Source of the DNA: an uncultured delta proteobacterium
Lineage (GTDB): Bacteria > Desulfobacterota > WTBG01
Assembly: GCA_963793865.1 (NCBI GenBank)
Contig: CAWCBP010000011.1
Coordinates: 96,001-160,000 of the forward strand
Length of the DNA stretch: 64,000 bases
Direction: 5' to 3'
The notes below the pieces were generated by a model that saw only the letters and a list, made by a program, of their open reading frames with translations, had not been told where the DNA came from and ran no database searches. The position numbers and the translations under genes are program-made. Shown here in pieces: positions 30,496 through 40,889 of this stretch (its first letter is position 1; each line of letters starts with the position of its first letter).

Positions 30496-32019
30496 TTATT
30501 CCGAGAGAGGGAAGGACACGCCGGGTGAGAGAAAACCGGTGGGGTCAATCACCTGCTTGATTACCTTTGCCATGGCAAAGTGGGCCGGGCATTCGGTCCA
30601 GGTCCTCTTGTCCCGGCCGACGCCGAGTGGCGCCATGCCGATCTCCTGCATCAGGCCGTCAAACTTGGCTTTAATGGCCCCGATGTAGGGGAGAAAATCC
30701 CTGCGTGCGTAATCCACCAGAAAGATGACCTCGCCCGCCGCGTTGGCATGGCCTCCCATGGACAGGTAGGTCTGGCCGCAGCTGGCGTAAAGTCGGAGTA
30801 TGGGATGGGGGTGGTTGAGAAACACCGGGTTTTCCCTGCAGATCTGCTGATAGGTTTTCATTCCCCGGTCCATGTAATCTTCAAGTTTTTCCAGAGAGTC
30901 GAACACACCACCCGAAACGAAAATGCCGCCGGAGTCGGACTGCCCGTTAAAGGTGCCGCAAATCTTCGGACTGTTGCACTGCTGCCAGCCTGCGGCGTTT
31001 TCCTCGTGCCCGTCAAGAATGGCCACCATCCACGGGGGCATCACCGTGCCTCCTCCTTCCTCGAGAATGCGGATGCATGCTTTCTGCTCAAACGCGACCT
31101 TGGCCGGAGTGCCCCTGAAAGACATGCCGATGAGATTAATGTCCTGGGTGGCCTTGACAAAATGGGCGCCTTCCTGCCAGTGCTTGCTTGAATACAGCGC
31201 ATGTGTCCAGCATCCCGGCCCCATGACCGTGGCACCGCAGGCATAATCCTGCATCATCACGTTATACATGGCCTTCACCGCGCCGCTCAGGGTGGGAAAG
31301 GTAACCCAGAGGGACCTGACTTCCTGAGGGGTGGGGAAAAAGCGGAATTCCATTTGGCTCACGATGCCGTATCCGCCATTGGAGAAAAAGGGCAGATAGG
31401 TGAGCGCCGGTCCCGGGCCGTGGGGCCAGCCCGGGCTTTTGGGGTGGGCCATGGAACCGGTTCGTATTATTTCACCGTTTGCCAGTACCAGTTCCATGCC
31501 GGCAACGCAGTTAATGCCCATGCCGTCCTGATAACCCGCCATCTTGTTCTGGCCGGTAAACACCTGGTAGGGTACAAACAGGGATGTTCCCGGACTGCCG
31601 CCAAAGTAGGGCCTGTATCCAAGATCCATTTCCCGTATCAGCTGGCTTACCTGCAGGCCGGTAGCACCCGGTTCCGCCCTGACCACCATCCGTTCCCTGT
31701 CAACTGCAACCTTCTGCATGCGGCGGAAATCGAGGACAATGCCGGCATTGGGCTTGCCGGGTATGGATCCCACCAGCAGAACCGTACCGCCTCCCACCGG
31801 GTAAATGGGCAGATCATGCTTGCGGGCAACGTTGATGATGCCCTGCAGGTGCTTGGCCGACCCGGGATAGACGACAGCCACGGGGAGGTTTTCAGGATAG
31901 AGATTGCCCTGACCAAAATGGGTCATCACATCGGAGGCATGGTAATACCTGCTCAGGGCATCCGTGCGCACCCACTCTGAACCAACAACCTTTTTCAGTT
32001 TACTGATTACGTTCTTCAT
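30496..32019 (-). CDS. FAD-linked oxidase (GlcD/VAO family), type B paralog
   Basis: PVAVVYP, PVGGGT, ELVLANGEIIRTGS, GPGP, IDPTGFLSPG. Confidence 0.85.
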   Translation of the reverse strand: MKNVISKLKKVVGSEWVRTDALSRYYHASDVMTHFGQGNLYPENLPVAVVYPGSAKHLQGIINVARKHDLPIYPVGGGTVLLVGSIPGKPNAGIVLDFRRMQKVAVDRERMVVRAEPGATGLQVSQLIREMDLGYRPYFGGSPGTSLFVPYQVFTGQNKMAGYQDGMGINCVAGMELVLANGEIIRTGSMAHPKSPGWPHGPGPALTYLPFFSNGGYGIVSQMEFRFFPTPQEVRSLWVTFPTLSGAVKAMYNVMMQDYACGATVMGPGCWTHALYSSKHWQEGAHFVKATQDINLIGMSFRGTPAKVAFEQKACIRILEEGGGTVMPPWMVAILDGHEENAAGWQQCNSPKICGTFNGQSDSGGIFVSGGVFDSLEKLEDYMDRGMKTYQQICRENPVFLNHPHPILRLYASCGQTYLSMGGHANAAGEVIFLVDYARRDFLPYIGAIKAKFDGLMQEIGMAPLGVGRDKRTWTECPAHFAMAKVIKQVIDPTGFLSPGVSFPLSE

Positions 32020-33164
32020 CGAGCCACCGCCTTTCTCTTGTAACCGAATGCCTCTGCCATGAGGGATGTTAAATCGACCACGCTGAAGCCTTTGGGCTTG
32101 CTCGCTCCCAGGTTGATGTTGCAGAAGGGGCAGGCGGTAACCATGACCCGGGCACCTGTTGCCTGTGCCTCCTGCCAGCGGTTTGACGCGTATCGTTTGG
32201 CGAGCGAAGCATCCGTAAACAGCACACCCCCTCCTGCGCCGCAGCACAGCGAGTTGTGCCCGGAACGCCACATCTCTTTGAGGGTAAGTCCCAGACCGGC
32301 GATGACCTGGCGCGGGGCCATGTATTCCTTCGCGTAGCGTCCCAGGTGGCAGGGATCCTGGTAGGTAACCGGGGGCATTTTTAATTTTTTATGGGCCTTC
32401 TTTGCGATCATCTGGCTGTAGAGCCGGCTGATGGGGATGAATTCAACCCGGCTGTTGCTGCGTCTGAGCAGCACTGACAGGCTCTCCGGGTTGTAGCAGA
32501 TGACCTGCCGTATCCCGAATTTTTCCAGGCGGGTGTCAATGTCCTCCATGCACTCTTCAAGCAGCTCGCTGCAGCCGGCACTGAGAAGTGCCGTGTCAAC
32601 AGGGGGAAGGGGATCGTTAATGAAGCACCCGATCCTCCTCCCGCTCTTCTGCAGTAAAAAGCCTATTTCCTGCAGCTTGGGGGTGTTAGCCATAATTGTT
32701 TTGTCGGCAAAGAGGATGGTTTCTATCCTGCTGTCTTCCGCGGGGTCGGCAATGCCGTATGCTTTCAGGACATCGAGGTTATGGCCCGTGGCGGTGCTCA
32801 GGGATTGTGCCATCCTGATGAGGCTTTGCGGCTTCAACTCATCCGGTACCATCCTGCGCAGCTCTTCCATGATGGTGATGGCCGGGGTGTGACGGTAACC
32901 GCGGCTGCACAGATCTTCGCAATAACCGCAGAGCGTGCATGAATAGAGGAAGTTGGCGAGCTCCTTGTCCCAGTTCAGGGCGCCCAGGGCAAGACCGCGG
33001 GCGATATACATCAATCCCGCCGGTTCGTAGGCACCGAGAAGCGTCATTCCGGAAGGGCATTGCAGTGAGAATGACGTGTCCGGAACTGTGTCCTGAGAAA
33101 CCCCCCGGCAACTCCCGCATCGGTTGCAAGAAAGCGCTTTGTCCAGTAATTCTTCCCTGGTCAC
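32016..33164 (-). CDS. Fe-S-binding CCG-domain subunit (GlcF/HdrD-like)
   Basis: CNRCGSC..CP, CTLCGYCEDLC, YQDPCHLGR, CCGAGGG, TACPFC. Confidence 0.88.
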   Translation of the reverse strand: MTREELLDKALSCNRCGSCRGVSQDTVPDTSFSLQCPSGMTLLGAYEPAGLMYIARGLALGALNWDKELANFLYSCTLCGYCEDLCSRGYRHTPAITIMEELRRMVPDELKPQSLIRMAQSLSTATGHNLDVLKAYGIADPAEDSRIETILFADKTIMANTPKLQEIGFLLQKSGRRIGCFINDPLPPVDTALLSAGCSELLEECMEDIDTRLEKFGIRQVICYNPESLSVLLRRSNSRVEFIPISRLYSQMIAKKAHKKLKMPPVTYQDPCHLGRYAKEYMAPRQVIAGLGLTLKEMWRSGHNSLCCGAGGGVLFTDASLAKRYASNRWQEAQATGARVMVTACPFCNINLGASKPKGFSVVDLTSLMAEAFGYKRKAVAR

Positions 33165-33178
33165 GGTTTGTACCTCCT

Positions 33179-34462
33179 TTAAAGCCCCAGTTTGCCCGGG
33201 TTCATGATGTTGTTGGGGTCGACGGCTTTTTTGATGGAACGAAGCAGTTTAAAAGAAAGAGGATAGGCGGCAGCAACCTGCCTGGCAATCAGGGCTGATG
33301 GCCGCGGAAAGGTGACGCCTTCCTTTAACAGCTTGCCGCAGATGGTGCTGTATTTCTTCCGGGACTCCCTTTCAGTTCCCTTGGGGTAGCGGAGGTCGGG
33401 CTGGTAATAAAAGCACCCGCCGGACTGGAGGGGCATGAGCAGCGCCCCCGAGTTTTTGGGGAACAGGCTTGAACACTTCTGAACCTGCGCGGCCGTGGCA
33501 ACGGTAACAACGGGAACCCACTCGAGTTCCGCCTCCTGGTGGAGCGAGGGCCCGGTGGGATGGTCAATCTCGGACAGGATGGTATCTCCGGCATTCTTTA
33601 TCCCTTTGAGACCCGGGGACAACTCACCTTTCAGATTCCTGGCAATGGCGGAGAGGTCGTTTTTCTTGTATGCGATTTCAGCCTTCTCAAAGCCGCGCAG
33701 ACCCACCACCACCGTCCAGGCGGGAAGCTTTGCCGCACCGTCCAGGGCCAGCAGATCCCGAAGGTATGTGCTGTTTACCGCGAAGATTTCGTTGGGCTCT
33801 TCGGTGGCGGTAAAAAGCTGCATTGCCTTAAGCGCTGTATTGATGTTCGCACATGGTAAAAAGAACACCTGGTTTTCCGGTGATGCCGTCTTCAGGGTCA
33901 CTGCCGCTTCAGTGATGATGCCCAGCGTACCCTGGGCCTGGCAGTAAATGCGGGATACCATGGCAAGCGACGTACCCCAGGAGTACTTGTCAGGCCTGTT
34001 TTGTGACATGGCCATCTGCCCGGTGGCGAATGCTTCCCCGTCCGCCCTGAAGCCCTGCATGGTGAGCATTTCCCAGGGATGGTACTTCGTCCACCCGAAG
34101 AGGGGCATCATTTCCAGGTAGGTTGCCAGAACGGAAGCATGTCCGGGGACATCAATGGCGGCAAGGGTGCGCCGCCCCTCAGCCGCGCATGCCTTTTCAA
34201 GCTGGCTGAAGGTTACGCCCGGCTGGATGACCGCGTTGCGGTTCCGGGCATCAAAATATGTTATTTTATTGAGCCGGGAAAGGTCAACCGCCGTGGCGCC
34301 CTTTACCGAGGGCAGATGGGTGTCCTGCAGATTGGTCCCGGAGCTCACCGGTACAAGCGGCGTGCGGTCTCTGTTGGCCTTGAGAATAATTTCCCGGACT
34401 TCCCCCGGGCTGGTCGGGGTTACTGTCTGCTGCGGCTGATAATCGGAAAAGAACGTGGTCAT
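33179..34462 (-). CDS. FAD-linked oxidase (GlcD/VAO family), type A paralog
   Basis: PLVPVSSG, IQPGVTF, AQGTLGIIT, VDPNNIMNPGKL. Confidence 0.85.
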   Translation of the reverse strand: MTTFFSDYQPQQTVTPTSPGEVREIILKANRDRTPLVPVSSGTNLQDTHLPSVKGATAVDLSRLNKITYFDARNRNAVIQPGVTFSQLEKACAAEGRRTLAAIDVPGHASVLATYLEMMPLFGWTKYHPWEMLTMQGFRADGEAFATGQMAMSQNRPDKYSWGTSLAMVSRIYCQAQGTLGIITEAAVTLKTASPENQVFFLPCANINTALKAMQLFTATEEPNEIFAVNSTYLRDLLALDGAAKLPAWTVVVGLRGFEKAEIAYKKNDLSAIARNLKGELSPGLKGIKNAGDTILSEIDHPTGPSLHQEAELEWVPVVTVATAAQVQKCSSLFPKNSGALLMPLQSGGCFYYQPDLRYPKGTERESRKKYSTICGKLLKEGVTFPRPSALIARQVAAAYPLSFKLLRSIKKAVDPNNIMNPGKLGL

Positions 34463-34851
34463 CTGTTCGCACCTCCTTCCATGCATTCCTGAAGCATGAC
34501 CAAAAAGCTGACCACCAGCGAGCCATTGTGATGGTCTTTGCCCATGCGTATGTTAGCCTGGTCATTGTTCATCGCCACCAGAAGCGGAGGGCAGGTCCCG
34601 AGGAAAAGGCGGTTGAAGGCATCCTCAGTCATGGCCCATGAACAGAAGGGTTTTTTTGCCTCCCGCTGCGCCACGCTGATCTCTGATCCGTCCCAGCTAA
34701 CCACCAGCGGCGTGTTATCACCCACCGTGAGACAGAGCAGGTCTCCGCGCACGGTTGCCGGTAAGCCCGCGGCGTTGAGGCGCCTCAGCCGTTCTTCAAG
34801 CGCGGGGTCGGTTCGAAGTGTTGCTTCCCATTTTTCTCTGTTGATATTCAT
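34459..34851 (-). CDS. Small hypothetical protein, possibly SCP2-like lipid-binding fold
   Basis: Overlaps the downstream start (translational coupling); beta/helix pattern ..KPFCSWAMTEDAFNRLFLG..IRMG resembles SCP2. Confidence 0.55.
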   Translation of the reverse strand: MNINREKWEATLRTDPALEERLRRLNAAGLPATVRGDLLCLTVGDNTPLVVSWDGSEISVAQREAKKPFCSWAMTEDAFNRLFLGTCPPLLVAMNNDQANIRMGKDHHNGSLVVSFLVMLQECMEGGANR

Positions 34852-34910
34852 TGCTGCAGACCTCCCTGTACAGGTGTCATCCGGATTTGACTGCGGAACG
34901 CTGAAACGGA

Positions 34911-35915
34911 TCAGGCCTTGCTCTTCCAGTTGAGGAATTTTCTGAAGTTGTCCCCCATCAGCTTGTACTTGAAATCCATGGAAAGAGGAAGGTTCATGAT
35001 GTTATCGATCATCGGTTTATACACCGGCAGCGTGAGAGGGAAGTCCGTGCCGTAAAACACCTTGTCAGGCATGAAGAATTCGAGAAAGCGCAGGTGGTCC
35101 AGGTCCCAGTAATACTTGAATTGCATCAGCGTGGGATGGGGAACGGTAATGTCGGTGTACATGTTGTCAAACTTCATGACATTCCAGAGTCCCTGCATGG
35201 GGTTATTAAAAAGGCCGCAGTGCAGCTGCAGGATTTTCAGGTTGGGGAAATCCATGGCCACATCATCGAGGTAGACAGGGTCCTGGTATTTGGCCCTGGT
35301 GCCCGGGAGTTCCTCCTGTCCGGTATGCACCTGGAGGTGCAGTCCCAGTTCCACCATTTTCTCGTAAGCAGGGTAGAGGTCGGGGTTGTTGGGATAGCCG
35401 GCGGTCGGGGTGTGAAACTTGCAGCCCGGGAATCCGCACTCATGGGCCGATATGACCATTTCCACCGCCGCCTGCTTCCCGTAACGGGCATGGACGCCGC
35501 CAACAGCGGTAAAGCGTCCGGGGAAGGCGTCGATGAAGTTCTTCTTCACATATTCATTGGGCACATACCACTTCCAGCCGTCCTTGTTGCCGGGGTAGGG
35601 GTCGGAGATGCCGTGGATGCATTGCAGGCACATGGCCTCAACATTGGCGCTGTCCATGAAGGCAATGAATGTTTCCGGGGTGAGGTTGGGGCACTCTTCG
35701 GGCTTGGTGATGATTTTGGTGGGGTTGGGATCACCGAGGAACGCCCGCGCGCCCATCAGGCTTCGGGAGCCCACCGTGTTGCCGGCCCACATGTCAAAAC
35801 AGCCCGGCCGGCTCATAATATCCTTTTTCTCCAGTCCGGGATGGGCGTGACTGTCGAAAAACTTAAAGGGCTTGGGAAGCATCATTTTTTCAATGGTTCC
35901 TTCCATTTCCGTCAT
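34911..35915 (-). CDS. Amidohydrolase_2 family metallo-hydrolase/decarboxylase
   Basis: DSHAH, GCKFH, VHTG, LHCG, YGTDFP. Confidence 0.88.
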   Translation of the reverse strand: MTEMEGTIEKMMLPKPFKFFDSHAHPGLEKKDIMSRPGCFDMWAGNTVGSRSLMGARAFLGDPNPTKIITKPEECPNLTPETFIAFMDSANVEAMCLQCIHGISDPYPGNKDGWKWYVPNEYVKKNFIDAFPGRFTAVGGVHARYGKQAAVEMVISAHECGFPGCKFHTPTAGYPNNPDLYPAYEKMVELGLHLQVHTGQEELPGTRAKYQDPVYLDDVAMDFPNLKILQLHCGLFNNPMQGLWNVMKFDNMYTDITVPHPTLMQFKYYWDLDHLRFLEFFMPDKVFYGTDFPLTLPVYKPMIDNIMNLPLSMDFKYKLMGDNFRKFLNWKSKA

Positions 35916-35978
35916 AGCAGTCTCCTTTCGTAACGTAAAAGGCTGGACAGCGTTCAGGCCGTCCAGCCGAATCGGTGA

Positions 35979-37670
35979 TTAAAGTACCTTGGTCATCTCT
36001 GCCAGCTGTTCAGGCGGCACCACGTTGGGCGTGGTGGCATAGGGCGGATTGGAAACGTTGTTGGGATCAAATTCCCGCTTCATGGCCTTGACCAGCAGAT
36101 GCACGTTAAAGAACTGCGGTCCGAGCAGATCATACACGGGTCCGAGCAACACCACCGTCGAAGCCGCGCTCTTGGTTTTTACCCATTCCTTGAGATTGCC
36201 CAGGAGGAAAGTGATTGCCTCGGATGCCTTCGCCGGTTCCTGTTCCGGCCAGAGGTCGGTGGTCATTAATGCGCCGTAGCCCTTTTCAGTGGGGCTGATC
36301 CAGCCGCCGTGAAAGCTGATGGGAAGCAGGTGGCTGCCCTCGCCCTTTGCCCGCCGCTCCCGCTGGATGCGGTTGGCCCGCAGGATTTCTTCGGCCACGG
36401 TGTCGATGGAGTCGAGGCAGGCGGTACCCTGGTGGAAGCAGTCGCTGGGACGGCTCAGGCGCATGGAGTGGCCGACCCGGATCCAGTCGTTGGTGATGCG
36501 CATCCAGACCTTGTAACGCTCCCGGTCCATTGGATCCGGTGAGTTTTCAGAAAGGAAGCTGCCGCCCATTTTGTCCACGATATGCTTCAGGACCTTTTCT
36601 TCATAGTCAAGCTGCTCGACGCTGGTCAGGGCAGCCAGGGCGACAATGTTGTAGCCGTGGGGGAAGAAATCCTCGTTGGCGCCCTTGTGGAACTCCTCCT
36701 TGGTGCGCGCCGCCCAGGTCCACATGAACTGCTTGGCGTTGTGCTGAACCACCATGGCCAGCTCGGCCCGCGCTATCTCGTAATGGAGATCGCACGACCA
36801 GCGGAGCTGCTTCTCTTCATTTTCAGGATAGGGCTTGATGGCCTTGGGGAAATCGATCATATACCATCGCAGCTTGTCCTTGGGGAAGTGAGACTCCTTC
36901 AACAGGGCAGTGCCCGAGGTGGGAAAGGTTGAAGGACCCGGCCAGGGGAAAAGGCGGGTGGAAATCTTGGTGACCATGCCCATGCCGCCGGCGTGGCTGA
37001 ACTGGGCGCCGCGCTGGAACCCGCGCAGGTCGGGACCGGGGCCGTCGTTCCATATCCAGTCGTCGCTTCCTTCCTGGGCGATGGAGCCGCTTCGGAGAAG
37101 CTCGCCGTTGGGCAGAACCAGCTCGAAGGCCAGCAGCTGGTTGGCTCCCAGCGCGGCAAGCCAGGAGGTGCCGTAGGCGCCGTGCCATTGTATATTGGCA
37201 AGGGCTGATATTTGCGCTCCGGCAGGCGGCGTGGGTACGGTACATCCCACCTGCATTGCCTCGGCCTGGAGGGAGGCAAAGCTCACGTACGGCTCTATGA
37301 CCGCGTACATATTGTTGGCATCAACCTTGAGTATCCTGTCCATGCGCTTGGGGTCGATGATGACCACCCCCTTGCCCATCATTGCCTGCCCGGGATTGGG
37401 GAAGGCGCTGTTGATCATGCCCGTTCCCCGGGGAATGAAAAAGAAATCATAGCGGTTGGCAAGCTTGATGATCGCCTGCACCTCCTCGGTTGACTGGGGC
37501 AGGACCACGCAGTCCGGCCGCATCTTGGTGCCGAGCTGCGATCGCTGCACGCAGCCGTCTGCGGTCCACTGGACACGCGAGTAAGACTGGCACATGACCG
37601 GATCGTTGGTCAGGTTTTCTTTGCCGACAACGTCCTGCAGGGCCCTATAGGCAATATCCGAAAACGACAT
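35979..37670 (-). CDS. FAD-linked oxidase (GlcD/VAO family), type B paralog
   Basis: PDCVVLPQSTEEV, IEPYV, ELVLPNGELLRSGS, GPGPDLRG, FDPNNVSNP. Confidence 0.85.
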   Translation of the reverse strand: MSFSDIAYRALQDVVGKENLTNDPVMCQSYSRVQWTADGCVQRSQLGTKMRPDCVVLPQSTEEVQAIIKLANRYDFFFIPRGTGMINSAFPNPGQAMMGKGVVIIDPKRMDRILKVDANNMYAVIEPYVSFASLQAEAMQVGCTVPTPPAGAQISALANIQWHGAYGTSWLAALGANQLLAFELVLPNGELLRSGSIAQEGSDDWIWNDGPGPDLRGFQRGAQFSHAGGMGMVTKISTRLFPWPGPSTFPTSGTALLKESHFPKDKLRWYMIDFPKAIKPYPENEEKQLRWSCDLHYEIARAELAMVVQHNAKQFMWTWAARTKEEFHKGANEDFFPHGYNIVALAALTSVEQLDYEEKVLKHIVDKMGGSFLSENSPDPMDRERYKVWMRITNDWIRVGHSMRLSRPSDCFHQGTACLDSIDTVAEEILRANRIQRERRAKGEGSHLLPISFHGGWISPTEKGYGALMTTDLWPEQEPAKASEAITFLLGNLKEWVKTKSAASTVVLLGPVYDLLGPQFFNVHLLVKAMKREFDPNNVSNPPYATTPNVVPPEQLAEMTKVL

Positions 37671-37730
37671 ACGTCCTCCTTTGCGGCACGGTGGCGGACG
37701 GGGTCCGCCAGAGGCCAATAGATGCGGTTG

Positions 37731-39218
37731 TTACAGGGCAAGCTTTCCCGGGTTAAGGATGGTATTGGGATCGAGTATTTTTTTCAGCCGCCTGATCATC
37801 TCGTGGGTGTAGCCTGCCCGCGCGTAGATCAGCTGCGCCCAATCGTAGTAGGGCCGGTAGAAAAAGGCGCCGGCGCTCATCAGCCCTTCGAATGCCGCCC
37901 GCTGAAATCCCTTCACCTGTGCCACTTCTGCCGCGTCATTGGGATCGCAGGGAATGTGGAACTCGACGTGGCAGACGCGGGCGCGCTGGCGGGGCTGAAT
38001 GTAGAGGCCGAGATTGGTGGTGTCAATGCCGTGCTCCCCGGCCATGGTCTTGAAGAGCTTCCAGTAGGAGGGCACTTTATCCAGGCCGGATTCAAATACC
38101 ATTTCCAGACACCCGCCCGACTGGCGCTCCTTCCAGTACACCTCGCCCTCCCAGGGCCGGTTGAGCATTTTCTGAAAGCGCAGGTTGGCCTCGGGCACGC
38201 CGTCAAGCCGCTCGCCGACCTCCAGGTTGTACCGCTCGGCGATTTCGCCCACCGCCTTTTCTTCAAAGGCAATCCGGTCCTCGGGGAAGAACTGCCCGCC
38301 CCAGAGATTCAAGACGATGGCATAGCGGGGTATTTTTTTCGCCAGCCCGGGGATGTCGCCCTGGTTCTGGGCCATGATGGCGGCGATGTCATAACCGTTG
38401 AGCAGAAAGCATTCATGCCCGATTTCCCTTCTCTGTATGGCGTAGAAGGGCGTGACCGCGTCTTCCAGGGAATCGAAGGTGATAAACACCACCTTCTGCT
38501 TGATCGGTTTGTGGAAAATTTTCACGTTCATGATGGTGACCACGCCGAAGGTACCCTGGCATCCGGTCAGAAGCCGCCACCAGTCAATGCCGGGCCCGCC
38601 GACGCTGCACAGGTCGGAGTTGGTTTTATCGGGGATCTCCTCCGCCGGGATGGTGTCGACGCACATGGAGCCGGTCCGCAGCAGCTCACCGGTCCCCCAG
38701 ACCAGTTCCATGGTCCGGAGCGGCTCATCGCATTCGGTTTTACAGGTAAGCACCGGCTCGCGTTCCAAAACGCTGGTAATGACCGACTTGTCCTTCCGGG
38801 GCAGAAGCGGGTTGAGCGGCTGCATGCCGTGCCTGGCAAGCTCTTGCTCGAGCTCTCCGAAGGTCGCCCCCGGCTCAATCAGCACCCATCTGTTCCTGGT
38901 GTCGGTGCGGGGAATGCGCTTCATGCCCGAGAGGTCGAGCACCAGCCCGCCCTCCTCGGGAATACCGGTTCCATAGGTGCCGGTTCCCGAGCTGCGGGGA
39001 ACAACCGGGTAGTTGTTGGCGTTGGCGATCCTGAGTACCCCCTGCACCTCATCCCGGGTGCGCACCTTCACCGCCATGTCCGGCAGGTGACAGGGTGAAA
39101 GGCTGGTGTCGCACGAGTAGCGTTTGAGGGTGTCGGCGTCGGTGAGGACGTTCGCTTTGCCCACCACCCCTTCAATCGATTCCTTGATCTGTGCTATTGA
39201 TGCTGCAGGTGTGTTCAT
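37731..39218 (-). CDS. FAD-linked oxidase (GlcD/VAO family), type A paralog
   Basis: PVVPRSSG, IEPGATF, ELVWGTGELLRTG, CQGTFGVVT, LDPNTILNPGKL; GGAGG RBS. Confidence 0.88.
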   Translation of the reverse strand: MNTPAASIAQIKESIEGVVGKANVLTDADTLKRYSCDTSLSPCHLPDMAVKVRTRDEVQGVLRIANANNYPVVPRSSGTGTYGTGIPEEGGLVLDLSGMKRIPRTDTRNRWVLIEPGATFGELEQELARHGMQPLNPLLPRKDKSVITSVLEREPVLTCKTECDEPLRTMELVWGTGELLRTGSMCVDTIPAEEIPDKTNSDLCSVGGPGIDWWRLLTGCQGTFGVVTIMNVKIFHKPIKQKVVFITFDSLEDAVTPFYAIQRREIGHECFLLNGYDIAAIMAQNQGDIPGLAKKIPRYAIVLNLWGGQFFPEDRIAFEEKAVGEIAERYNLEVGERLDGVPEANLRFQKMLNRPWEGEVYWKERQSGGCLEMVFESGLDKVPSYWKLFKTMAGEHGIDTTNLGLYIQPRQRARVCHVEFHIPCDPNDAAEVAQVKGFQRAAFEGLMSAGAFFYRPYYDWAQLIYARAGYTHEMIRRLKKILDPNTILNPGKLAL

Positions 39219-39263
39219 GTTTTCCTCCGCCCAATTTCCAAAGATGTTGTACTCCAATTAAAA

Positions 39264-39306
39264 ATGAGTGCACTCATATAAAATCAAAGTTCTACCCCCC
39301 TGTCAA
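39264..39306 (-). promoter_or_regulatory. Perfect palindrome ATGAGTGCACTCAT (putative TetR operator) downstream of a TTGACA -35 box
   Basis: Palindrome 39264-39277; tgtcaa at 39301-39306; near-identical site at 59153. Confidence 0.7.
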
Positions 39307-39338
39307 GCAAAAAATGTGCAGGGTTGATTATGTGGCGA

Positions 39339-40659
39339 TTAATCAGCCCGCTTGGCCAGAACGGTTGCTATTTTAGCCATGTCCGCCTGCTTAACCGTTT
39401 TACATTTTTCCTGCAATGCGGGCGAGAGGCCGGGCATGCTTAAAAAATGATTCATGACCGCCTCGGTATAGTTGTAGACCCCCGCCTCCATTGCATCGGC
39501 GACTGCGGGGTATTGTTTTGTCAGGTTAAAGAGAAAATCTATCTCCTCCTGGGTGAAGAAACGCATCCAGACCACGCGCTTCACATAATCCGCCATGCGC
39601 TGGGGGTTTACATTCCACTCGAAGGTGGAACCCCACCAGGCGGTGTAGTCCTTGAATCCGCTTTTGCCCTTGAGCTCGTCGGCCATGCAGTGGCCGGCCA
39701 TGTACCCGCAGCAGGTAGCGCCCTGGTACAGGCATTCGGCAAAAGCGGCTGCGTCACCCACCAGCAGGACGTTGCCGCGGTAGGGGACTTTGATGGGGGT
39801 GAAGATTTCAACAATGGCTCCGCTCTTTTCCACTATTTTCGCTTTTTTGAACCATGACGCCAGGGGGCTTTTGTTCATGAAAAATTCGATGATGTCATAC
39901 GCCATTTTGCCCGGCAGGGCGCCCGTGGTCTCAAATCGATAGGCGCCATTCCCCCGCGGGCTGGGGACTGCTATGATGGATCCGCGGGTGCCGATGTTGT
40001 TTTCGCCGGTGAAATACATGTCCCCGCGGTCGAGGGGACAGTCAACATCCGTTATCTCGTATTCGATGGTGGGGCCTTTGCCGAAGCACATGCGCTCCCG
40101 GTTGAAACCGAGGGTCCTGGCGATGCGGGAGGAAAGGCCGTCGGAGGCAATCAGCTTTCTGCAGGTTTTGGTGGTGGTTTTGCCCCTGGTCCTCAGGGTC
40201 AGCTCAACCCCCCCGCTGATCTCACTGGCGCGCAGGAAGGTGGTGCCGGTCATGAAGGAGACACCCAGCTTTTTTGCCCGCTTGTAGCGGTCGGAGAGCC
40301 AGGTAGTGGGATTGAAGAGATGGTAGAAGGGTTTCACACGGGAGGTGGCCTGAAAGTGGCTCCCGGAATTGGAAATGATATGGCTGTGGTGGATGCCTTC
40401 CATGAAGCCTGAATATTCAAGGGAAAAACCGCACATGCGTGTAAGTGATTTTGGTCTTGCCGTTCAAGGGCTCCAGTTTGACATTTTCACCGTTAAAATC
40501 CTGGTCATCCATGCAAAAACCGGAGGCGGATCTGACATTCACATCAAGCCGCGGTTTTCTGTCTATGCCGAGCACCTTGATGCCCTTTTCCTGGAGTTCA
40601 GCAGCCGCCATAAGCCCTGCCGGACCGCAGCCCGCAACAATCACATCATAATCAAACAT
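39339..40659 (-). CDS. GGR/FixC-family FAD-dependent oxidoreductase; apparent frameshift near 40435
   Basis: YDVIVAGCGPAG, LIASDG, LLVGDAA split across ORFs 40417 and 39339. Confidence 0.85.
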
Positions 40660-40889
40660 TATTGCTACCTCCTTCGTTGATTGACTCAAGAACTCCTGAA
40701 GATTGCACCTGCTTTATCACAGGTGTTTTTCCATATCACCATTATCCTTGCTTGTAAACAAAATATTTCCCTACCAGGTTGTTGAAAAACACCCATCTGT
40801 TTCGTGGCTCAAGGGGAGGGGCTTTTGACGCCACAACAATGTATCTTTACGCAGCTCAATCGGGCAATATGAACATTACTCGCCATGAA

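Noticed and set aside
37722..39098. Long plus-strand ORF (458 aa) and similar antisense ORFs (9072..10259, 13657..15024, 44623..45519, 35094..35933)
   Set aside because: They shadow well-supported genes on the opposite strand, have no recognisable motifs, and are expected in GC-rich coding DNA.
40775..40880. Possible MITE end (gttgttgaaaaacacccatctg...)
   Set aside because: Resembles an element terminus, but no matching inverted end or second copy was found in the window.
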